A stretch of DNA of 63,318 nucleotides, counting the filler, from Choristocarpus tenellus KU-1152 (Eukaryota; Protista; Phaeophyceae), in the NCBI GenBank assembly GCA_964200185.2. It is 10 parts of 10 records of this genome, joined end to end, with 100 filler letters (N's around TTAATTAATTAA, not from the genome) between each part and the next. Parts side by side here need not be neighbours in the genome. Positions count along the whole stretch, not along the records: positions 51,077 to 55,349 come from CAXNAD020015349.1; positions 55,450 to 58,477 come from CAXNAD020022832.1; positions 58,578 to 63,318 come from CAXNAD020013250.1; 7 more parts are not named here. One strand, written 5' to 3'. Shown here piece after piece: positions 52,316 through 63,318 of the stretch (position 1 is its first letter; every line of letters begins with the position of its first letter). The translations under genes and the position numbers were made by a program. The notes below the pieces were generated by a model that made no database searches, had not been told where the DNA came from, and saw only the letters and a program-made list of their open reading frames with translations.

Positions 52316-55161
52316 ATGGCGACTCGATCAGCTATTGCTGTAGCAATGTGTGGGGGAGTTGCTATTGGGGCCGTGGTGACTGTGCTGTCATTGAGATGGG
52401 GAACAACACGACAGAGGAGGATAAACCATAAATGTAAGCGTTGTGCTTCATCATATCAATAGAGGGGAAATCAAAGGAAGCTTGATAAGATAGATAAGCG
52501 GTTGTACTTGTGTGTGTCTGAATATGGGTATGGTGATGATTAGTGCTGAGCCCGCTACTTACAGAGTCCAACTAAGACAGCCTTGTACGAAATTGCAATT
52601 GAAGTCTTGTATTGACGTAGGCCCATGTCGAGGTATGGGATGTTCAACATAGAGCTTGGATGATGGCCTCCAACCTTTTGGGGGCTTAGAATATAAATCT
52701 AAGCGGTGCTGTATTGTGTTTCACCTCTATCATGCTTGTACGACTGTAGGTCAGCGCAAGATTTGCATTTTTTGTCTTCCTCCTATGTTGTTGTCCGCCT
52801 CTACTTTCGTACATTGCCCTTCACAGGGAGCTTGCATCTCTACCCGTTGATCTAAAAAATTTATCTGCTGAATATACCGAAAATAATGAGCCTACCTTTC
52901 CCTCGATCGTTTTAGACTGTCAAATTAGATGTCCTTGTCGCTGTTTCTCGTGTGCGTCCTCTCCTGCAAAGATGACAAAGTAGACAGCATGGACCGCCTG
53001 ATGGAAACATGGGGGGGGGGAGACATACGACCTCCGCTTCCATCAGAGGTATGAATTTGTGCAACTTAGGAGGGGGAGCACGTAGAGAAACGTGTGGGTG
53101 GGTGACATGACCAACCGACTGACCCCTCTGAAGAGAGTTCTCAAAATCCTCACCTGTCGCATAGCTTGGTACTACTTTGCTCGACGTAAGAATATCTCAG
53201 TTGATGTGAACAGTACCTGCTCCTGTGTTCCATATATCCTGCCGTTATCCCCATCCCGAGTATTTCGGTAGAAGTGCTACACAGGAACAAACTACCCTTG
53301 CACATCGTGGCCACTCTTTGTGTATGCGAATCCATCAGATAGCAGTGCTGATCAGGAGAGGGATGAATAAACGTGTCTCACTTGTTTGGCACCCCCATGA
53401 AATCTCATTCGATCATTTTCCACCTCGTCCTGACCCATCCATTTGGCAACTCATTCTTGTGTAAGATTGTAATGTTTTTTTTTTTTCTATTTCATGGTTT
53501 CTTTTTTTTTCTATTCAACTACACACAATCCTGCTTCAGTGAGAGAAAATGCCTTTGTCCATGGTAGTGAATGAGATAGGAGGGTGAATCTAATATTGTG
53601 CCAATGCGCTTACCTTGTTATGCCAATGTTTTTGGCAAAGATTTTTTACATTTGATTGTATTTAGTTTTTCTTTTAATACCCTCACATGCCTCGAGTTGA
53701 TAAAAATAACCTTCAAGGAAGATTGTTGCAGTATGAGGTATTCCTTTCTGCCAGAGTGTTGAGGCCATAGGTGCCACCACTCATGTCTTCGTTTGAGATC
53801 CCCCATCCCACCCCTCTACCCCGCCATCTGTTCACCCTGCATACTTTTCTGTGGATGGGTCACCTGTTGGTGTGTGAGGTGTGTCATGTGGATGGGACAT
53901 ACACTGGAACACACACATAGAAGGTTGAGGTCTTTCAACCTTGTCTCCTGTCTCCACCTCCCCCTATCCCTTTTGCTTGCCAATGATTGGGATGGTACAT
54001 CCGCAGGTTGTACGTTTGCTGGAATCCTCTTGTCTTTGCTTCCTCTCAACCTTCTCGGACAATCACCCCCACCTGTCTCTCATGAACTTCACTTATGTTG
54101 CTAGTGAGTACCCGTGCTGGCACACAGGGTGGGATAGATATGGTAAGGGGGAGGGGGAAGAGGGAGATACAAGCGCAAGCACCTATATCCAAATTGGGAC
54201 ATGTCTAGCTGTTTGCTGCCCTCACCTTCTTTTCCAAAGTCTACAAGTCAACCCAATGCGATTTCTTTGTGAAGGGAAGGCGTTACTGTGAGTGGACAGG
54301 TAGGTTCGTTTTGGGATGAGGACTGGTGCCTGGGTGAGGTAGTAGATGAGTTGGTCAAGGGGAGAGAGAGGCAGGGGGGAGAGGTGATGGGAGATGGGGT
54401 CGCAGATGGCCATAGCCAGTCAAATGTAGTGTGAGTTGTATCAGTCCGTGGGCAGAGAGGTGAATCAAACGCTCTTCTGAGGATTCCCGGTAAGGTCTCA
54501 ACCATGCTCAGCGATTACCATCAGCACTGTGAAAGAAACATGCCCCTTACGTAAAATTCGCACGTGCCTCGAATTGGTTGACAAGCATGACAATTTTTTT
54601 TTTTTCGTGAGTATTCACTCCATTGTGTGTGTTGTTCAACAGGGGATGAAGTCATCGTACTGTCAACACGCAGGGACACCAAGAAGTTCAAGCTTGTGGA
54701 GCAGGTGAGTACTGCCTCTTGTGACCATTGGGCCCATGGGAGGGGAGGGAGGGGAGGGAGGGGTGTGTAGTGAATTAATGGAGATGCTGTCCGTGCTGAA
54801 CCACGATTTCATTGGTTGTTGCGATTGCTGTTGCAAGAGCTCGCGCCCATCCATTGGACGGTTCAAGCACGACCCAGAGCCCGCTTTCATTGAGCTCCAG
54901 AGCGCTTCCTGCGGGCTCCGAGGAAGAGACATACCGCAGTTACGCGCATTCGGTTCTGACGTTGCCTCTTGACATCGTCACCCCATTGGCGAGTGTTGGT
55001 CTCGCTTCCCTGTGATGCCTCAATCTGTCCAGGCCCCTAATGTGGCTATCCTGGTCCACGACTTCTCCAGCGTCAGGGCCAATCCTCAGGGGGGTGGGAC
55101 TTCCCCGGGTGGTGGTGCACGTACACTGACGATAACACTAAATGGCCCTGCAAGCATAGAG
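52316..55161 (+). CDS. Pyridoxamine 5'-phosphate oxidase-like FMN-binding protein (yeast YLR456W/YPR172W-like) with an N-terminal hydrophobic anchor, 3' partial
   Basis: Exons 52316-52433, 52972-53048, 54007-54103, 54643-54704, 55033-55161 are all phase-consistent. LPSEVVRLLESSCLCFLSTFSDNHPHLSLMNFTY, VIVLSTRRDTKKF, PNVAILVHDF, ITLNG. Confidence 0.85.
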
Positions 55162-55449
55162 GTGAGGAATTTGCACGTGCGTCTCTCTGTATGTGCGAGC
55201 GGCAGGGTCACAGGCAACTGTATTACCAGCTCATCGCTTTTTGTGTTGGTTGTGTTACGTAGTAATGGAAGAGAGGTAGGTAATGGCCAATACACTGCAC
55301 CCTTTTTTCGAATGCCGAGTCATTAGCGGGTCGAAGTATCTCGGGGGGGNNNNNNNNNNNNNNNNNNNNNNNNNNNNNNNNNNNNNNNNNNNNTTAATTA
55401 ATTAANNNNNNNNNNNNNNNNNNNNNNNNNNNNNNNNNNNNNNNNNNNN

Positions 55450-56975
55450 GGGTGAAGAAGGGGGCCTTGGCATCAGATATGGCAGTGGAGTTAAGGACAA
55501 AACACCTGGTGGGGAAAAAGCTCAAGCAGTGGCAAGTGTAGACCTTGAGAGTGAATCACAGGGCTCTAGGGCTGGAGAACACAGTTGGGGCTGGGGCTGG
55601 GGCAGGGACAGGGGTCGGAGGAGCAGGATTGGTGATAATACAAGGGTTAGGACCCATGATCGGGAAGAGGGATGGGGGGTAGATGGTGGCTCTAGAGCAA
55701 TGGGATCTGGCCCAGTGGCAGGAGAAGGGGCTGGCGGTGGGGTAGGGGGGAGGGTGGGGGGAGATGGGGAGGCATCATTACCTGAGTGCTTTGCGGTGAG
55801 AAGTCAAGAGGAGAGGATAGCTCAAGGGCTCATGATATGCTCGGTGTTTGAGTACGTATCCTGTGACTGTGGGGATTGAGCATGGTTATGTTGATAAGGT
55901 TTGGAATGTGTTTTCATTGTTGGATTATTGGACAGGTTGGATAGGCTAGATTCCTTGCAACTTATTGGGTTGGACTGGGGAGTGGGGAGAACGATGGGGT
56001 GTGTGATTGCTGCTGTTTTTGGATGGTGTTCAGAGGGATGGTATGGCAAGGACCAAGTTTATTCGTGGGGTGCTTGTTGTGCCCTCATGTAGGGTTGGTT
56101 TGACTTGTTGGTGTGCCTATGTGAGCCTTCTGGCATTTTGTCTTGCAATATATTTGTGTGCAGAAAGAAAGGAAGAGAGATAAGAGACTGTTGGTAGCCT
56201 TGAGGCAGGTGTTGGTCATTCAGAGAGCTCTAATGGAAATTTTCTGTGGAAAGAAGGACACATGCGCTGGAGACACAGATTGAATTCCTACTAATAGAGG
56301 GTTGCAAAGTGGAGGGTAGAGAGGACTCAAGGAAGAAGTATGGACACAGTCAAGTTCTGGGAATATAATTGGTAAGATTTAGGTCTACCTGAGACATTTA
56401 TAATAGCAATACATGCACTCTCATATATATATATATACTTAGCTCACATGATCCGAGAGGATAATTTACTATGTCAAATTGAACCAACAGTAAGCATTTG
56501 CCCTGCCGTACCCCTTGACCCTCGCCACCCCCCAATTCTACAAATCCTTTTCTATTTTTCTTATTTTATGACTCAGGTATTGGCACCGGATGGAATGCAG
56601 ATCTTTCGTGCACCTTCCCAGGTGGCCCGCCTTGATTGGGTAGTTGCCTTGGCCGTGTTGTCCACTGCCCAAGACCTTGGCCTTCAGCAACCACTTCCCC
56701 CTCCTGTAGCCAGTCACCACCACCAAGTGGTGGGATCTGGGCCTGATGCAGCATATTCTCGGCTAGGTGGGACTGTTGCTGTAGGGGCATTAGGGGGTGG
56801 TGCTGGAGCTACAAGGATGGGAGGATTGGGTGAGGGAGTTGGGGGGGTGGGGGCCGGGGAGGGCGGTAATCCGACTAGCCGTGTCTTGCAGGGTTATCTG
56901 AGAAAGGGTGTGTCTGGGAGGTTGTGGAACCGAACTGGACAGCAGGCATGGGAGTACCGATGGGTAGTGCTGCAG
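55450..56975 (+). CDS. Internal exons of a multi-PH-domain protein
   Basis: An exon ending at 55795 joins exon 56577-56975. ECFA|VLAPDGMQIFRAPSQVARLDWVVAL is a PH C-terminal helix and LQGYLRKG...AWEYRWVVLQ starts the next PH domain. A further exon at 58295-58447 is possible. Confidence 0.75.
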
Positions 56976-59900
56976 GTGAGGTGAATAGGAGGTATGGGAA
57001 GAGTTTGGAAGATGATAGGGGGGTGGAGAGTATTTTATCATGTGTTTGTTGAGGTAGAAGGTGCATTATTGGAACCTGTTGGGATGGTTGTTTACGTGTT
57101 GTGGTCTTGAGGTGTGGTATGGTTTTGTGGAGTTTTGGAAATTGGGGTCCTAACAGGTAAACATGGCAAATGTTGCCTTTTTTTTGTTTGGAAGGGGTTG
57201 GTGCTATCGCCTTGCGCAGACCTGCTCATGTGTCGCTGGTAGTGGAACAAAATAGTCTACCCTCACAGACTACCTCCAACGATATGTTACAGTGGTGTTA
57301 CCTTGGCTCTTGTCACTTGTCATTGGTGTACTGTTTGCATTTTTTTTTCTCGGTCCTGTTTTTTTTTTTCTACTACAGTAAAATGGACTTTAACTGTTGT
57401 TGCTGTTGTTGCTCTTTGCTTTGGTGTAAGGTGTGTTGTTGGGGTCTCACATGTTTTGTGTGTTGATCCCCTTTTTTGCACATTGGGTACAGTGTTTTGT
57501 TGATGTGATCAGAGCGCCCACTGGCTCTCTACTGGCTCTCTCCTGAGGGTGGGGAGTGCATCGCATCAAGGAGATGTTGTTTTGAGTATTGTGAACCTCC
57601 AGATGGCTGTGAAATATGATAGCTATAGCAAGGACTTTGGATGCTGAGGGTTAGGGTTAGCCCAAACGTGCTCTCTGTGGTTTCTATGTTAGGGCACTAA
57701 CTCATGTTTATTCAAGGGAGAGGATAGGGTGGTGAAAGGTTTTGAGTAATATTGGTATGGCTTGCCTTTTCTTTTGCGCCTATTGTAGGTGTTGGAGCAG
57801 TGGTTGATTGATAAGTTGCACCTTCCCACGGTGTGATACGGATGATAATAGCCAAAGTTTGAAGTAGCCTGAACCGGAGGTTTGATGGATGTTGGGAGAG
57901 ATTATTGTCTAGTAATTGGTATTTGATGTAATGTACCAACACGGTAGAACCCTAGTACATACATGAGGTATTTAAACATATGGTATGACTACATAAGAAA
58001 CCTTGTTGGTATATGTCAAGTTTTCTCATACCGTTATCAGTAAGTATCATACCTCCATACCACCCCATAAACCACCGATTGTTTAGTTGGCATTACTCCC
58101 AGAAAGAAAAAGAGGTTAGGGTTATTCTTGAATGCCGATGTGCAATTATTTTTTTTTGCTGGAGGTTAAAATAATATAATTTTTTTTAAAGTAGATATTT
58201 GTGTGAAATGTGTGTGTTTGTATTGATACTACAAGGTCTATATACATTTTGGACTCCATTGTATGCATGTTTGTGTTGCTTGAGGGACTTGTAGGTTCCA
58301 GCTCTCACGGTACCATTGGATTCACTGGTGGTTGTGGTTGTCAGGATTGAACGGGGTCCTGTTGCTGTATTAGAAGCTTGGAGTAGAAGGAGGGGGGGAG
58401 GGGGGGGGGGGCAGCCAGGTGTTACAAGTCTGCTTAGTACAATCCCGGTAGGGATTTCTCAAAGTTGCTCTTGTGGCNNNNNNNNNNNNNNNNNNNNNNN
58501 NNNNNNNNNNNNNNNNNNNNNTTAATTAATTAANNNNNNNNNNNNNNNNNNNNNNNNNNNNNNNNNNNNNNNNNNNNCGGATTTTGGTCCAAATGGACAC
58601 CCTGGTGTAGACCCCCCGCTACCTCCCAGATACTTTGGGTCTGTACTCCCAACTTGTGTTTGAGGTATTGAGACCCCATTAGTGGACCTTAAACATACTC
58701 CTCTGTTCTAGGAATTGATCCTTAGTACCCGTGTTCCTGACGTTTCCTGGAGTGGAAAAGAAAATGTGATGACTGAACCACCATTTGTCATATGCAAGTC
58801 CCGTGGGTTTCCTATCTGCATTTCTCCTTTCTTCAGTAATATTTCTTTCATCCATCTCTTACATTATGCCATAACTATTTTGTCAAACGAATTTCGTATC
58901 CTTGCAGCAGTTGAGCAATGGTACCCCAGCTACACAAAAACAGGCAACAATCCATTCCAGTACTCGGCCACCAGCCCCACTACAATACATCTCACCTCTC
59001 ACTTGCCCCAGCCTGGAAGGTAGGAACGACATTCCAGACGTAATATTGTTGCAATTGACCATCTGCTCGCATGAATACTGAAGGCCCACTATTGCGAAAA
59101 AATCTCGACTCGTACTCCGTACTTCGTTTATAGATCACTGAAACGTTACATATCTACTCTATATCATCTAAACCATACACTGCACTATGTACACGCAAAT
59201 GTGTTAGCCTTGTGTTAAAAATAAACACCCCACACATAACACATCGAGGGTAAGAAGTATCAACATAACTACTTATCGGTCATTCTCATTTACCACTTTA
59301 CATTCTCTTGTGAGGTACATTGGTGTTTCAGCACATCTTCAGCAGAAAGCTACGTCAAAGGTGTATGTGTCATGTTCCCCCATTGCCTGATAGTAGCGGT
59401 TCACCTTAGGTATGCCAGATCCTCCTTTCCCATGACATCACTATACCTGAATTCCATGCTAACCAAGGCTCCTCCAGGGTACAAAGTATATTTCCAACCT
59501 TCTCCGTCAGGGAGACAGTTGATACCCAGGCGATACAGATCTTGATATCCTGAGGCTATGATACCTTTCACATGGGATGGTAAGAGCGAGCAACAGATGC
59601 CCATTGTATATTGTTGTATGTTTTGGTGCGTCTAATGAGGAAGAAGAAGACTGAATTAACAGATGATACAATATGGCCATCACATCTCAAAACGAGAAGA
59701 GACTCAAGGTGGCAAGGCGAAAACAAATATTTTGCTTTCTAATCATTTGTGTCTTGTTGTGCAGTGAAGTCAGAACTAGAAAATATCAAGCATAATGGCT
59801 GCAGTACATCTGTATCTGTGTGGTTGGGGGCTGCTGCTGGACTATGTGGTAATGGATCTACGTCAACCTGTTGATCCATTTCACAGGACTGCACACACAT

Positions 59901-60816
59901 GTTGGCAATTTGTGTTTCTACCTCTAGTCAAATGACCGAGTTTGAACTGGATAGAAACGTCAAACAACCAGAAATGCGGTGGGAAAAGGGAACAAGGATG
60001 GATTTTTTTATTTTTCATTGTTCTTGGAAAATAATATGTACCCAAAAATATGCAGGCAATGTCGAATTCTATGTTCTTGTTGAGCTGAGATATGTAAGAA
60101 GTCATCTCAAGGCATGGTACATGTAAGAAGAAGCAGTTAAGAGTTCCTCCTGGAGTTGTCAAGCTCTTCCCAAACAGTCGTTAGCCTCCCAAAAAGCCAA
60201 TCGTCCATAGGTCTAATGCTGAAGTCATTGATAACAAGGTAAGATATAGCCCTGTTAACTACTTTCTGACCTGTGGAGTAAAAGGTGATCTATATTTTGA
60301 AGGTCTCAAGTATGTCAGATTACTACTACAGTAAGGTGGATAGAGCGTCATCAACTGTAACTATCATAACAATGAAATATCAGCGTTGCACATCTAAACA
60401 CACTTAAATTGCCAGCATATTATCATTTCAATAGAAAGACGTAGAATGGGGAGCGACAGCAGAGGGTGTAAGGATGAGGAAAAATATACAAACCTGTACC
60501 GATGAAGGTGAAGTCTCAGATTCTGGGACAAGAGTCCAAGAAGAAACTCAACCAAGTCCTCACTCACCGCTCTGATATCTGTATAGGATAAGACCGTTGA
60601 TGCTTCCATTGGAGCACGATACAGTTTCTAAGGTCATGAGAGTGCTGCCCACAGGACTAAGATCCAAGGATTTGGGAACGAGGCCACAGGCAGCTCCAAT
60701 GCCATAGTAATCTCGGCCATCAGTGCCAAAAGGTAGCGTTTGAGAGTTAGGCCACTGAAGCCAACAGCGTTGTTAAAGCATGATGCATAAGCCCAGTCTT
60801 CGAGGTTCCCAACATA

Positions 60817-61058
60817 TGCTGGGGCAATCCGAGATGCACCTAAGACAGCATCCATGGAAGAGGTGAGTTGTAGGTGTATGTGGGCAGGAACGAACATATT
60901 AATAAGCATGTTGCTACTATATTAAGCAACCGTGCACGTGCTGGGGTAATCCGAGATGCACCTAAGACAGCATCCATGGAAGAGGTGAGTTGTAGGTGTA
61001 TGTGGGCAGGAACGAACATAATAATAAGCATGTTGCTACTATATTAAGCAACCGTGCA
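60817..61058 (+). repeat. 122-bp-period tandem duplication that includes a splice-donor-like site
   Basis: 60817-60936 versus 60939-61058, 2 mismatches. Each copy contains GAG|gtgagt. Confidence 0.92.
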
Positions 61059-62519
61059 GAGTGCTTAATTCAGGGAATACATCGCAGAATTTTCTGTCCC
61101 CAGAGCATTACTACAAAATGAATGCAAGAATGTGTGAAAGGGTTAGGGTTTCAGTATTTTTCGGATGCATGGTGTTTATCATTGCGTTTGTCTGGCAGCA
61201 GCATAGTGTGCAATGTGTAGTGCTAGTGCAACCATACCTGCGAAGTTGACTCACTGACTCACCAATCGACTCCCCCTCTTCCCACACTGGGTGAACGGAG
61301 GTACTGCGCAGCTTGTTGGCTAGATTGCGTTTCTCCTCTCCAGGTGGATACCTGCCTCATACATTATTTGTCCTGTATGTAGTATAAGCCACTCCATCCC
61401 TGAATAATTAACATTGAAAAGAAACAAAGTAGGCCCTTTCACAAATACAGCAGTAGGTAAATTTGTAATCGAAAATGAAAGTTGATACAGCCCTGGTAGA
61501 TAGGGGACATGGGAAGACCACAACCCTCGAAGGTGCAAGGGCCTCAACCGAGGGATGAGATTGAATCAAGGAAGATCAATCCCCAAACTCGCAAATCCAA
61601 AATGTGTCCAAAATATATTGATGTACATCAGCGCTGAAGCTCAAGAGGACCTTGCGCACTGTATTCCAGCAACTCGGGGATGTGCAAGTTAAACGTGAAT
61701 ACCAGACCCACAACAGGATAGGGTGGGCTCGAGGGACTCTTTCAGAAAGAGATCCCCAAATGGCAAAGCGAAAAGAATAAAATAATGCTGTGCTAGTATA
61801 TGAGTCTGGGAAACCATAGAATAAGCAATAGACGTTCTATGAGAATCGTTGGGTTGACGCTTGCTGCTGCCATTACATACATCTTCCAGGCGATTACAAG
61901 AGCTCACAGCTCTCAGCAGCCTTGGCCACAGCTATGGCACATGAAGCAAAGAATGAGATAGTAAGCTTAAAAGAATACAAAGACTATTTTGAAGGACAAA
62001 GTAGGTAAACAATTAGTCGGAGCTCGTCATGCCAGTTGAAGAAGAGTCAACCAAAAGGGAAGGAGTGGATCAGTGTCATGGTGCACAGCATTGAGTCATA
62101 GCGTTTCCTCAATAGACGAACTGCAGGACAACATGGGGTACAAAACACCACACACGTGACACACAGGTGACTATGTGTGAGGGCTATGCTCACTCGTGGA
62201 ATGGACCAAAGTTGTGGTCAAGCTCGTGCTGAAGAACCTGTGCATCGAAGCATCCCCTTACACTTCGGACAAACGTGGGAGGACCTGGATTGTAGCCAAT
62301 GCCACACATGTCTGAAGCTACTCCCCAGTCATGGACAAGCATCATTGCATCGCCCTGTTGCAACAAGTGCAAGCATCGGTGCAGTAGGGAAAAGGGTGAA
62401 CACTGTCGAATAACCTAGTGTTATCCTTACGTTGTCTGTGCTGAAACAAGTATATAACATAGGTTTCATATACGTTTATCTTTAGTTTGGTACAATACAA
62501 ATTAGTAACGTGCATAGTG

Positions 62520-63318
62520 GTATGATGGAGGAAGGCGACGACGGTGCACACGACAGGCAGGGGCAAGGAAGGAATATAAGTGGAGGGATTAACCCAGCTT
62601 TAGGATCAGATACCCAGGTCTCGATTTCGCAGAATGGAGAAGGATGGACAGAGAACGGAATGGGCCTACATGGGGACGAGGTGGAGGCCATCGAGGATGG
62701 GAATGGCGGCTCACAAGATAGGCACGGGCAAGGAGGGAACATAAGCAGAGCACACCACTCCTCTTCGGGAATAGGTAGACATGTTTCGTCTCTGCAGGAT
62801 GGCGTAGCCCGGATGGACAATCGAACGAGCACTTAAGGGGATGGGGCCAGAGAGGTGGTTGGTAGAGGCACACGACGATGGTAACAGGGTGAGGGGGACC
62901 CGCCCCTACACGACTACGAGGAGGAGGAGGCAGGAGAGGAGGTGATAAGGGATATTACGGGACTTCAAAGGCCAGACTCCCCCACCAGGGACCCCAACCC
63001 ACGCCCATCCCAACAACCTCATTAGCTTACACTGGAACACTGTGCGATCTGTTTCTCCGAGATACAACAGCCAGTACTCCCTTTCTCCTGCACACAGCAC
63101 ACTCACTGGATCTGGGCCCTACCTCGGCTCTATACCTCCGCGCCAGACCCCTACATCCCATCCCGTGCCCCACCTGTCGTACCCTTGCCAGCCCCGAACA
63201 CTACTATGCCGCCATGGTGGGGAGTGTGGGAATTGAAACTGTGCTGGAATCCATCCTCTTACAATCGTCCTCCACCCCTTGTGCCATCCCACCATTCCGC
63301 CTACTCTCCATCTCACGC
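62520..63318 (+). pseudogene. Disrupted ORF with a low-complexity N-terminus and a RING-like zinc finger, probably the 5' part of a retroelement
   Basis: CAICFSEIQQPVLPFSCTQHTH, then after a frameshift IPCPTCR. It has several stops and no splice structure. Confidence 0.4.

Noticed and set aside
7676-58577. Regularly recurring TTAATTAATTAA palindrome, and ORFs ending in X...LIN
   Set aside because: This is an artificial contig linker. Gene neighbourhoods across it are not real.

Overview
This window is not one locus. It is 10 draft-assembly contigs joined by identical 100-bp spacers (44 N + TTAATTAATTAA + 44 N): 1-7675, 7776-15506, 15607-27381, 27482-31346, 31447-37499, 37600-44624, 44725-50976, 51077-55349, 55450-58477, 58578-63318. 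Adjacency across spacers carries no biological meaning. The DNA is eukaryotic and intron-rich (GT-AG, at least one GC-AG intron), with interstitial TTAGGG tracts. The gene families suggest a brown alga or close ochrophyte relative (inference). Spliced genes rebuilt by hand: a secreted metzincin (reprolysin-like) protease with a decaying C-terminal GDPH-type module, a secreted parallel beta-helix protein, an RVxF-motif protein, an XRCC4-like gene head-to-head with THOC3/TEX1, RRM1 exon 1 head-to-head with a membrane-anchored PNPOx-like protein, and a multi-PH-domain protein. Much of the rest is transposon relics: CRE-type RLE LINE, Copia gag, Gypsy protease, piggyBac- and Plavaka-like fragments, and two related MITE families, one with 4-bp TSDs (Sola-like). 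I cannot demonstrate a complete new multi-gene system. The best leads are foreign-looking fragments inside introns, a CpG-island-like pattern suggesting CG methylation, the MITE network, the protease-GDPH module fusion and a Copia-derived hairpin. All protein family calls come from recalled motifs, not database searches.
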